From contig CAYUKX010000002.1 in NCBI GenBank assembly GCA_964445405.1, positions 1 to 44,791 of the forward strand: a stretch of DNA of 44,791 nt, written 5' to 3'. Each line of letters starts with the position of its first letter. Within the stretch, counting starts at the first letter, position 1. A program made the position numbers and the translations under genes. Of this stretch, positions 1 through 8,449 are shown one piece after another. Origin of the DNA: an uncultured Candidatus Saccharibacteria bacterium. Its GTDB lineage: Bacteria > Patescibacteriota > Dojkabacteria > J137. Below the pieces are notes generated by a model. It saw nothing but the letters and a program-made list of their open reading frames with translations. It made no database searches and was not told the origin of the DNA.

Positions 1-2
1 CT

Positions 3-641
3 GAGCACGTAAGAAATTTATTTGATATTTATGCAGCAAGGATAATAGTAGATTCTATCGAGGAATGCTATATGGTACTTGGACTTGTTCAGTCCAAATA
101 TGGAATTAAACCCGAAGAATTTAACGATTATATTTCTATGCCAAAGTCGAATGGATATAAATCTATACATTTGCTTTTAAACTACATGGGTACAACTCTT
201 GAGTTGCAAATTAGAACTAAAGAGATGCACGAATATAATGAATACGGACCAGCAAGCCACATTCTATACAAACTTAAGGCGAAAGGTGAAAACGGCAACT
301 TTACACTTACTGAAGATTTATTAAAGTGGCAAGAAAAAGGTAGCGAAAAATATAGAATAAAGTTATTTGCAGACAGCGTATTTGTATTTACGCCCAAAGG
401 GTTGGTAATTAGATTAGATAAAGGTTCTACTCCTATAGACTTTGCCTTTAGAATACATACCGATATAGGCTATAAGTATGTTGGAGCAAAGGTAAATGCC
501 AAAATGGTGAGTATGGACTATAAATTACAAACCGGTGATGTAGTAGAGATTATCATTCAAAAAAAGGACAATGTAACACTTGACTGGCTAAAGCATGCAT
601 TTATGACGGAAACTAAGGCTAGAATTCGAAGAAGAGTGTAG
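3..641 (+). CDS. RelA/SpoT-family (p)ppGpp synthetase, C-terminal part (5' end lies outside the window)
   Basis: The frame of ORF 72..641 stays open back to nt 3 (..DIYAARIIVDSIEECY..). Synthetase motifs YKSIHLL and ELQIRT are followed by a TGS-like segment (VFVFTPKG..IDFAFRIHTDIG..GAKVN). Confidence 0.85.
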   Translation, partial: EHVRNLFDIYAARIIVDSIEECYMVLGLVQSKYGIKPEEFNDYISMPKSNGYKSIHLLLNYMGTTLELQIRTKEMHEYNEYGPASHILYKLKAKGENGNFTLTEDLLKWQEKGSEKYRIKLFADSVFVFTPKGLVIRLDKGSTPIDFAFRIHTDIGYKYVGAKVNAKMVSMDYKLQTGDVVEIIIQKKDNVTLDWLKHAFMTETKARIRRRV

Positions 642-683
642 TAAAGTTAGGCATTCCTTACCTGTTAATAGTATAATGCTGCT

Positions 684-1604
684 ATGGAAATAAAAGCAGC
701 AAACCTAAGAAAAAGAACAAGATTAGATTCCTATATTGGTATTGTATACCCCACATTATCTAGGTCTACCGTTAAAAAACTGATTTTGAGTAGTGTAGTC
801 AAGGTTAATGGTGTTTTGCCAAAGTTCAATAAAATATTAGTTGAAGGGGATATCATTGATTTTGATGAAGAAGCCTTAAAAGAATATATAAAACAGACAA
901 GCATAACCGAAATTGAACCTGTAAAGCTAAACCTAGATATTTTGTTTGAAGATGAAGATATTATAGTATTGAATAAAGATGAAGGTGTTGTAGTACACCC
1001 ATCCTATAACCATTTAAATGATACTTTAATGAATGGTCTAGTTTATCATATTCAAAATAGTGGTAACCCATTCTCAAGAATTCGACCTGTTAATAGACTA
1101 GATAAGGAAACATCTGGAATTATACTTTTTAGTAAAAACCTAGAAAGTCATAACTTTTATTCCCGACAGTTTAAAAAAAGAGAGGTAACAAAGGAATATT
1201 GGGCTGTAGTAAAAGGTGATTTTAAGTATGAGCTAGGTGGACGGAGTTCAATTAAAATTAGTGGTTTTATAGGTAAAAGCCCAGAAGGCTTTAGATATAG
1301 AGTGGCTACAGATTCTTTGAAAAATGAATATGCCGAAACTGATATTTTTTTCCAAAAAAATCTTGAGAAAGATGAGTATGAATACAGCCAATTAAGAGTA
1401 ATTCCTCATACTGGTAGAACCCACCAAATTAGAGTTCACTTAGCTAGTTTAGGTTACCCTATTGTAGGTGATACTTTATATAATGGTATGCCATATTCAA
1501 GAGTTCTACTGCATTCACATACACTAAAGATTAAAAATCAAGAGGGGATTGAACAAGTCTTTAGCGCTCTTCCGAAAAATTGGTTTGAACAAAAAGAAGT
1601 TTAA
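684..1604 (+). CDS. rluD: RluA/RluD-family 23S rRNA pseudouridine synthase with N-terminal S4-like domain
   Basis: Catalytic motif VNRLDKETSGIILFSK and C-terminal GRTHQIRVHLASLGYPIVGD are present, with an S4-like N-terminus (LDSYI..LSRSTVKKLI..VKVNG). Confidence 0.85.
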   Translation: MEIKAANLRKRTRLDSYIGIVYPTLSRSTVKKLILSSVVKVNGVLPKFNKILVEGDIIDFDEEALKEYIKQTSITEIEPVKLNLDILFEDEDIIVLNKDEGVVVHPSYNHLNDTLMNGLVYHIQNSGNPFSRIRPVNRLDKETSGIILFSKNLESHNFYSRQFKKREVTKEYWAVVKGDFKYELGGRSSIKISGFIGKSPEGFRYRVATDSLKNEYAETDIFFQKNLEKDEYEYSQLRVIPHTGRTHQIRVHLASLGYPIVGDTLYNGMPYSRVLLHSHTLKIKNQEGIEQVFSALPKNWFEQKEV

Positions 1605-1606
1605 GC

Positions 1607-2872
1607 TTATTTTTGCTTAAGCTGATCTATTTCTTTTTTTAGTTCCATCATTCTGATTTCTCTATCCACCATTAATTTATTGAGTTTTTCGTATTCTGAG
1701 ATTTTTTCTGATAACTGGGAATTACGTTTTACAATATCTGTAATTTCAAATTCGGTAGCGATATAACCTATTAACTTTCCATCTTCGCTTAATGGTGAAA
1801 TATTCACACGAGCAATATATATTTCTCCGTTTTTTCTTCTGTTAACTATCTCTGATGTAAAAGATTTTTTATCATTTTTTATAGTATTCCACATCTCAAT
1901 ATAAAATTCTTTGGTCATAAGTCCGCCCCAAAGTCTAGGTGTGTAGCCAAGCATTTCTTTCAATTTAAATCCTGTTGCTTTTTCAGCAGCTGCATTTGCG
2001 TATAATATTCTACCTTCAGTATCCGTTAATGCTATGTGTGAAGAAAACATATCCGCAGCAAGTTTAAATAACGATTTATCATTTTGCTCATTTAGCAAAT
2101 TTATACGATCAATAAAAATTTGCTTGTGGGCTTTAAATTCATCCATCTGTATTTTATCTGGATTAATATTCTGTTTCTCAAGAATTGAATATACAGAATC
2201 AATCATATCTTCTGGTCCAGATAAATACCAAAGCGCATCGTTAATAGATATATCAAATTCCTCAAGGTTTTTTTCTATAAATCCCCAGTTAAGTTTTTCA
2301 CCTATTAGTTCGTATACTCTATGATTGGGATTTGACTTGACCATCTCTTGAATTTCGTCAGAGTAAACTCTTCGATCATTTGATGCATTGTTAACAAAAA
2401 GTAAGAACTTTCTTTGATTATTTGTATTTGCAGATTCTCTTAACATTGAGATGAATGGAGCAATGCCAACACCGCCTGCTATTAATACAGTTGGGACCAT
2501 AACTTCGGGTAATATAAAAAAGCCTCTTGGTCCGAAAATCGAAAGTTCATCATCCACTTTTAAACTCAAGAGAGTTTTTTTATATCCACTATCTGATTTT
2601 CTAAATACTATTGAAATATTCTTTTTATTATTTTCTCTAGATATAATTGAAAATGCTCTTAAATTGCCCCGCGGATCTTCTTCTATTAAATTCTCAAGTT
2701 CAACCCATAAATATTGGCCTGCTACAAATTCCATTTCTTGATCTAATTCAAGGTCATATTCAAATGTGTTTGGTACTATCTCCTTTATCTTTGTAATTTT
2801 CCCCTTAAAAGAAAGTAGAGCACTTTTATTTACATATTCAAAAACATCTAATTCTCTTAAATAGCTTTCCAT
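1607..2872 (-). CDS. Fusion protein: FNR-like FAD/NAD(P)-binding oxidoreductase module + PAS domain + C-terminal coiled coil
   Basis: The N-terminal half has the ferredoxin-reductase-type pattern (RAFSIIS = RxYS-like FAD motif; LIAGGVGIAPFISMLRE = NAD-binding GGxGxxP). Residues ~265-385 are PAS-like (TDTEGRILYANAAAEKATGFKLKEMLG..NRRKNGEIYIARVNISPL). The tail is K/E-rich and heptad-like. There is a 5-nt gap to the upstream kinase gene. Confidence 0.7.
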   Translation of the reverse strand: MESYLRELDVFEYVNKSALLSFKGKITKIKEIVPNTFEYDLELDQEMEFVAGQYLWVELENLIEEDPRGNLRAFSIISRENNKKNISIVFRKSDSGYKKTLLSLKVDDELSIFGPRGFFILPEVMVPTVLIAGGVGIAPFISMLRESANTNNQRKFLLFVNNASNDRRVYSDEIQEMVKSNPNHRVYELIGEKLNWGFIEKNLEEFDISINDALWYLSGPEDMIDSVYSILEKQNINPDKIQMDEFKAHKQIFIDRINLLNEQNDKSLFKLAADMFSSHIALTDTEGRILYANAAAEKATGFKLKEMLGYTPRLWGGLMTKEFYIEMWNTIKNDKKSFTSEIVNRRKNGEIYIARVNISPLSEDGKLIGYIATEFEITDIVKRNSQLSEKISEYEKLNKLMVDREIRMMELKKEIDQLKQK

Positions 2873-2877
2873 ATTGT

Positions 2878-4965
2878 TTATTTAATAGGTAACTTAATAG
2901 TAAATGTTGTACCCTTGCCTTCTGTAGAAACAAAAGACAATTCACCAGAATGTGCCTCTATAATAGATTTTGTAATATATAACCCAAGACCTGTCCCTTC
3001 TTGTGTCATTGCATTTTTAGCTCTGTAGAATCTTTCAAATATTCTGCTCTGTTCATTCTTAGGTATTCCAAGACCATCATCTGTAATCTCTATGTAAGCG
3101 TATTCATTATCTTTATGCAATTTTATGTTTACATTTCCACCTTCTTTAGAATATTTAATTGCATTAGTTACAACATTCGAAATAGCTTCGGAGATTTTAA
3201 AGTCATCAACTGGAATTTTGTAACTATCTTTTTTATTATATTCATAATTTACTTTGACTTCATCATTGCTAGCAAGCATCTTAGTACCTTCAATAATTTT
3301 TGCAATAAGTTCTACTAAATCATTTCCTTTCTTTTCAATTGTAAAGTTCCTGCCTGTATCAATTCTTGAAACATCTAAAAGTTCTGCAACCAGGTGTATT
3401 AATCTTTCACTTGCCTCGGAAATAAAATTTACACTTGGCAGTATTTCTTTTGGAAGCTCCTTTTTAAAGTCCTCCATTATTTCTGTATGCCATTTTATTG
3501 TAGTTAGTGGAGTTCTTAACTGATGGGAAGCAATCGAAACAAACTCATCTTTCATTTTTTCTATTTGTTTTGTTCTAGTTACATCTTTTATAACAATTAT
3601 GCACTTTTCAACATTACTGTTTTTATCTAAATACGGTGCGCTAGATATACTTACACTTATTTTTTCGTTTTCTTTAGTAAGTAAATAGTATTTGTTTTCT
3701 GAAACTACTACTTCACCTTTATATGTTTCGTCTAAATACTGGGTATAAGGTACTTCCTTTTTCTCCTCTATGATTTTTATTTTGGATGAATAAGCTTTTT
3801 CAAGCAGATCCTCTTGCTTATACTTTGTTAATTTAAGAGCAGCTTTATTAACAATTTTTATATGTTGATGCTTATCTAAAACAATAACTGCATCTGCAAT
3901 GTTTTCAAGTATTGTCTTTGTTTCTTCCTCGCCCTTAGTGGCAATCTTTTTTTGAATATCGATATCTTCAAGCATATTTACCATTGCTCGCTGGTTTAAT
4001 TCCATGTTTTCTTGTTGTTCAGCAAGGTTATTTAATGCCTCTCTAAGCTGGGATTCTGTTTGCTTTATTGGTGAGATATTTTTTGCAGCAAAACTTACTA
4101 ACGTTTGTTCGGATAACTTTATAGGTGAAAGGTTAACAATTACCCAGAATGTTTGGTTGTATGTATCAACTAGTTGCAGTTCCCTTTCTACTTCTACATT
4201 ATTATTAATTACTCTTTCAATATCATTAATAAAAACATTCCTGAACTCCTTGGAGATATACTTAATTATTGACTTTTCGACCAGATCTTTTAGGTATCCT
4301 TCGCCCCAAAAAGCAATTGCATAAGAATTACTAGCTTTAATCTGTAGTCTATTATCCAGCAGAAAATATATATCTTTTCCGGAATTTGCTATGGATATTA
4401 AATAATTTTGTAAAGATTCTAGATACTTGGATTGTTGAATTTGCCTGACTTGAATATAGTAAAGTAAGGCACAAGCAGATATATAAAAAATAACATTAAT
4501 TACTTGTGGTGCAGGTGTTAAAAGGAATGTAATTAAGTAAGTAAGTAAAGCGGTAATAATTATTGCAGCTATCCCTCTTTTTTTTCTAATAGGTAAAATT
4601 AAGAAAATAATAGCTACTAGGTTAATAAATGGTGCTTCAGTATTTTTAAATGAAGTATAAGATATTAATATCAAATTACTAAGGTAAATAAATGCTACAA
4701 GAATATAAAGAAAAGTCTTGAGCATGCTCGCAAAAAACTTATTCAGTAACGACGTAGTAAATACCGCAATGCCGAAAATTAATACAACATTCGCAAGTTT
4801 TAGAAAAACTTGATTAACTTCTGAAGGTTCAATAATTAGTGCCGATATAGCTACATACTGAAGTAAACATACAATTATTACTCCAATTCGAGTGTTGGAT
4901 ACTTCAGATTTAGTCGAAATTTTATAGCTCTTTTCTAAAAAGAAATTCTTTAAGTTATTATTCAT
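2878..4965 (-). CDS. Membrane sensor histidine kinase (multi-TM N-terminus, two PAS-like domains, HisKA, HATPase_c)
   Basis: The first ~175 aa hold about 6 hydrophobic helices. H-box is FVSIASHQLRTPLT. N/G boxes are NAIKYS, DDGLGIP and GTGLGLYITKSIIEAHSG. Confidence 0.85.
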   Translation of the reverse strand: MNNNLKNFFLEKSYKISTKSEVSNTRIGVIIVCLLQYVAISALIIEPSEVNQVFLKLANVVLIFGIAVFTTSLLNKFFASMLKTFLYILVAFIYLSNLILISYTSFKNTEAPFINLVAIIFLILPIRKKRGIAAIIITALLTYLITFLLTPAPQVINVIFYISACALLYYIQVRQIQQSKYLESLQNYLISIANSGKDIYFLLDNRLQIKASNSYAIAFWGEGYLKDLVEKSIIKYISKEFRNVFINDIERVINNNVEVERELQLVDTYNQTFWVIVNLSPIKLSEQTLVSFAAKNISPIKQTESQLREALNNLAEQQENMELNQRAMVNMLEDIDIQKKIATKGEEETKTILENIADAVIVLDKHQHIKIVNKAALKLTKYKQEDLLEKAYSSKIKIIEEKKEVPYTQYLDETYKGEVVVSENKYYLLTKENEKISVSISSAPYLDKNSNVEKCIIVIKDVTRTKQIEKMKDEFVSIASHQLRTPLTTIKWHTEIMEDFKKELPKEILPSVNFISEASERLIHLVAELLDVSRIDTGRNFTIEKKGNDLVELIAKIIEGTKMLASNDEVKVNYEYNKKDSYKIPVDDFKISEAISNVVTNAIKYSKEGGNVNIKLHKDNEYAYIEITDDGLGIPKNEQSRIFERFYRAKNAMTQEGTGLGLYITKSIIEAHSGELSFVSTEGKGTTFTIKLPIK

Positions 4966-5022
4966 ATGTTCGTACTATATCAATATAGAGTGTTTTTCAA
5001 CGAATTGGAATATTAATCTATG

Positions 5023-6135
5023 TTACTGACATTGAATTCCGTTAAGAGTAAAGTTGGAACTCAGTAATGGATTATTTGCTCCAGAATAACTCCCTTGGAA
5101 CCCGAAGGCTTGTGTTCCACCATTTGCCAGAATAATCTGGTTGTATACGGCATCATTTGCCGTTACTGCTGTTCCAGTTTGCGACCAAAGTGTATTCCAG
5201 GCATTAGTTATTACTTGGTTCCCAGTAAAATTCCATAATAAACTCCATGTACTAATATTATTTGCAGATATATTTGTAATTACAACATCGGCATTAAACC
5301 CATTCGCCCATTGACTAGTTATTGTGTAGTTAACTTGACAGTAATTTGAGTTTGGAACCCCTGGGTCTTCAATTACACCATCCAATATTGCGTCACAAGG
5401 GGAGCCATTAACTAAAATTATTGAATCCACAGGTGCATAATTATATCCTGTATAACTTGCTTCAAACCCAAACGTCTGAGACCCACCATCGGCAGCAATT
5501 AATGAATTATAGCCAAGATTAGTACCTGTAAATAAATTACCTGATTGTGACCAACCTGTATTCCATGCGTTCAATATTGTTTGATTCCCTGGAAAATTCC
5601 AAGTTATTGTCCAGCCATTAATATCAGTTGGAGTGTTGTTGGTAATAGTTACATCGGCTGTAAAGCCGTTTAAATATGCATTTGTAATTTTATATAACGC
5701 TGAACAATTCCCAGCTGTCATAATCTCAGGAACTTCGTCCCAAAGTGTGACTATCGTGGAGGGATTCACTGTTGAAATATGAGTATGAACTTTTCTAGTA
5801 ACATTTCTAACAGTGGAGGATGTGTTTATTTCCCGGTTAGTATTACCTGTACCAGTTATATTGTAAATAGTGCAGCTTTCTCCGCTAAAAGATAGAGTTT
5901 CGTTTCCTGTATAAGCAGTATTAAGTTTAAGTTTGTTTATGGCAATTTCGGCACAGCTATGTGCAAGGCTTCTGGCCTCTATAGAAGATAGTGAATTAAA
6001 GCTTGTTGTAAATGAATCATTCGAAACTAATATCGTAGAAGTAATAATCATTGCTGTAGCAATCATCAGTATTAAAACACTAGTTATAGTTGTAAAGCCT
6101 TTCTTTAATTTTTTATCTGAGTGTTGCTGTTGCAT
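5023..6135 (-). CDS. PilX/GspK-like minor pilin carrying two C-terminal CBM2 carbohydrate-binding modules
   Basis: The N-terminus KKGFTTITSVLILMIATAMIITS is a pilin-like hydrophobic helix without Glu5. Residues C144-C247 and C266-C369 each fit the CBM family 2 pattern (C..Y.I...W.NGF.ADV.ITN....I..W...WNF.GNQ.I.NAWN..WSQ.G..........YN..I...GG.Q.FGF..SY.G.N........NG..C). It is the last gene of the pilus operon and overlaps the preceding gene by 23 nt. Confidence 0.8.
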   Translation of the reverse strand: MQQQHSDKKLKKGFTTITSVLILMIATAMIITSTILVSNDSFTTSFNSLSSIEARSLAHSCAEIAINKLKLNTAYTGNETLSFSGESCTIYNITGTGNTNREINTSSTVRNVTRKVHTHISTVNPSTIVTLWDEVPEIMTAGNCSALYKITNAYLNGFTADVTITNNTPTDINGWTITWNFPGNQTILNAWNTGWSQSGNLFTGTNLGYNSLIAADGGSQTFGFEASYTGYNYAPVDSIILVNGSPCDAILDGVIEDPGVPNSNYCQVNYTITSQWANGFNADVVITNISANNISTWSLLWNFTGNQVITNAWNTLWSQTGTAVTANDAVYNQIILANGGTQAFGFQGSYSGANNPLLSSNFTLNGIQCQ

Positions 6136-6625
6136 AAAATGTTTGAGAATAATCCAGAGCTGGTTTCCCGGTTGTATTAATGTATGTTACTGTAATTTCT
6201 ATTCTTACTGACCCTACAGCAAAGTTTTCTGTTACATTTCTGAACGTAAGAGACGAAATAGTTACCCTATTAGAATTTAAAGTATTTGCAGGATTACTAC
6301 CTTCGGTAATGGTTATATTGCCTCCACTTAAAGCTATTCCTGTTGGACTGTTAGCCGCGCTAGCCATGACTAGTGATAGAGTACTTCCGCTATTCCCAAT
6401 TGTAGGTGTATTTACTGCACTTGCATTTCTAATGGTTTGAGTTAGTTTAGAAATTATAGATGTGGCTTCTGAACTAACAATCGACATAGCTTCGCCACGG
6501 TCTCGAGTATCGCTTGCTGTAACCCAAAGCATTGCAATCATTAATACTAGTACAGAAGTCAGTGACATATAAAGCAGAACTTCTATTAGTGTAAATGCTT
6601 TTTTTGTATTTATATTAGTTTTCAT
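6113..6625 (-). CDS. Minor (pseudo)pilin, PulJ/PilW-like, prepilin-type N-terminus
   Basis: N-terminus is MKTNINTKKAFTLIEVLLYMSLTSVLVLMIA (class III signal, Glu at +5). It has a 1-nt overlap with the upstream gene. Confidence 0.8.
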   Translation of the reverse strand: MKTNINTKKAFTLIEVLLYMSLTSVLVLMIAMLWVTASDTRDRGEAMSIVSSEATSIISKLTQTIRNASAVNTPTIGNSGSTLSLVMASAANSPTGIALSGGNITITEGSNPANTLNSNRVTISSLTFRNVTENFAVGSVRIEITVTYINTTGKPALDYSQTFYATATLR

Positions 6626-8022
6626 TAGTTTGGTTTGTAAATCATTACTTCTTGAGTATTATTGCTACCAACACCAAATACTCTGTCTAATAGAGGATTA
6701 TAGAAAACATCATTTAGGTTTCCGGTATAGGCCAAACTTCCAAATACTGTCGGGCTTGCAGCGTTCGTTGCATCATAAATTGTAAGTTGGGTAGAAGTAG
6801 CGTCTGCTTGAAAAATATATGGTAAAGAAACATCACCAGTTATTGATAAGCTTGTTGCTCCCACCGCAAATCCGGCACTATTTAATGCAGTTGGTGCAAG
6901 TGGATTAGTTATACTAGCTAAAGATATTGTTGTTCCCCTTTGCAATGCCACACCTAGAGAGTATCTAGCAATGTCCGCGGCATCTGTGTTCCCGGATAAA
7001 TCTAATCCACTTGCAAAAGCAGGTAGGGCGGGGTTAGATATATCGTATATGGTTAACTCAGCATTATTAGCCGAACTTGCAAGATACGCGTAGTTACCTT
7101 CAACCAAGAGTTTAAATATGTTTGCTGCTATTTGTGCGGATCCAAGCAGTGCAGGCGATGCAGGGTTTGTTAAATCGTAAATATATAATTCTGGATCTGT
7201 ACTTGTAGACCTTGTTAAATAGAGCCTATTGTTAAGAACAAAAACACCATTTGCATTGGCTGTTCCTGGCATGTTCACAGTTACAAGTGTTGGCGCAGTT
7301 GGAACAGTCACATCAACAATGTTTAGTTCATTCGTATTACTAGAAGATGCCAAATACACATAATTACCATAAGCTGCAATATCCGCTAAGGTCCCAGTTA
7401 TGCTTATTGTTCCTTGAATAACAGGTGCTGCTAAATTGCTAACATCAACAACAGTAAAATTACTTGCACTACCTGTTCTTGCAACAAATATTTTGTTCCC
7501 GAATTGAAGAACTTCAACAGCATCGGTTGTTCCTGAAAGGTCAATACCACTTTGCAAAGATACACTAGCCCAAGTTTCGTTTGTGGCTGTAGGTCGTTCC
7601 CAACTTGTAAGTTGAACAGTTGCATCTATTGCCCTAGAACTACTACTATTTTGCCAAGATACTGTAACGGTCACTTGTTTTGTATAGGCATCGATTGTCG
7701 ATATTTGTACCGCACGTGTAAAACCATCAACGGAGTCAGATGTTCCTACAAATGCCCAGGAACCAGCAGATAAACCTAAACCATATGTTCCATTAGTTAA
7801 ATTCGAATATGAATTATCTTTTATACTTGTAACTGCTTCTATTCCTTCCTCTAATAGAAAGTTGGCTTTGTTTTCTAAGTTCGCTTGTGATTGTGCAAAA
7901 ATACCATAAGAAAGTGAACCTGCAAGTGTAACAGCAATAATACTTATTAATGCCAATGCTAAAACTACTTCAACAGTAGAAAATCCTCTTAAGTTTTTAG
8001 AATGTAATTTGACCTTTAGCAT
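6625..8022 (-). CDS. Modular minor pilin: prepilin N-terminus fused to an LVIVD-repeat beta-propeller-like domain
   Basis: N-terminus LRGFSTVEVVLALALISIIAV has Gly -1, Phe +1 and Glu +5. The C-terminal ~315 aa contain repeated GNY(V/A)YLASS..NELNIVDV..P.AP / ELYIYDLTNPASP / ELTIYDISNPALP / QLTIYDATNAASP units, typical of LVIVD repeats (PF08309). Confidence 0.8.
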   Translation of the reverse strand: MLKVKLHSKNLRGFSTVEVVLALALISIIAVTLAGSLSYGIFAQSQANLENKANFLLEEGIEAVTSIKDNSYSNLTNGTYGLGLSAGSWAFVGTSDSVDGFTRAVQISTIDAYTKQVTVTVSWQNSSSSRAIDATVQLTSWERPTATNETWASVSLQSGIDLSGTTDAVEVLQFGNKIFVARTGSASNFTVVDVSNLAAPVIQGTISITGTLADIAAYGNYVYLASSSNTNELNIVDVTVPTAPTLVTVNMPGTANANGVFVLNNRLYLTRSTSTDPELYIYDLTNPASPALLGSAQIAANIFKLLVEGNYAYLASSANNAELTIYDISNPALPAFASGLDLSGNTDAADIARYSLGVALQRGTTISLASITNPLAPTALNSAGFAVGATSLSITGDVSLPYIFQADATSTQLTIYDATNAASPTVFGSLAYTGNLNDVFYNPLLDRVFGVGSNNTQEVMIYKPN

Positions 8023-8449
8023 TTACTGTTATTGTTTTTGTAATACCATTATTAGTTATATTTATAGCTCCAGTTGTATTTGGAGTACCGTGTAGTTTAT
8101 TAAAAACAACTTCAGTAACTCCTGTGACTGTAAAACGATTTCCAATACTCCATGCCCTATCAAATGTTGCATTTCGACCCGTAAAGCTACTGCCAGAAAA
8201 TACAATTACTTCATAGTTTGAAAAAGCTACACCCCAACTAGTATCATAAAACCCATCTTCAGAATAACTCTGTGCCATTTTTAAGCTTTTGTAGTAAATG
8301 TTTACTGCATCATCAATCTCACTTCTGTATAGAAAATTCTGGTACAAAGGGACACTCATGACGAATATTATCGCAATCAAAGACATTGACAATAATAATT
8401 CAAATAAGGTGAATGCTTTCTTTTTATTACTCAATCGGTTCATCATCAA
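7997..8449 (-). CDS. Minor pilin, GspH/FimT-like, prepilin-type N-terminus
   Basis: N-terminus is NKKKAFTLFELLLSMSLIAIIFVMSVPLY. It lies between pilC and the other minor pilins. Confidence 0.8.
   Translation of the reverse strand: MMMNRLSNKKKAFTLFELLLSMSLIAIIFVMSVPLYQNFLYRSEIDDAVNIYYKSLKMAQSYSEDGFYDTSWGVAFSNYEVIVFSGSSFTGRNATFDRAWSIGNRFTVTGVTEVVFNKLHGTPNTTGAINITNNGITKTITVNAKGQITF

Noticed and set aside
1590-1630. A palindromic GCTTAAGC / TTAAGC...GCTTAA sequence at the rluD/FNR-PAS convergence could be a terminator.
   Set aside because: The stem is only ~6 bp, AT-rich and overlaps both stop codons. That is too weak to call.
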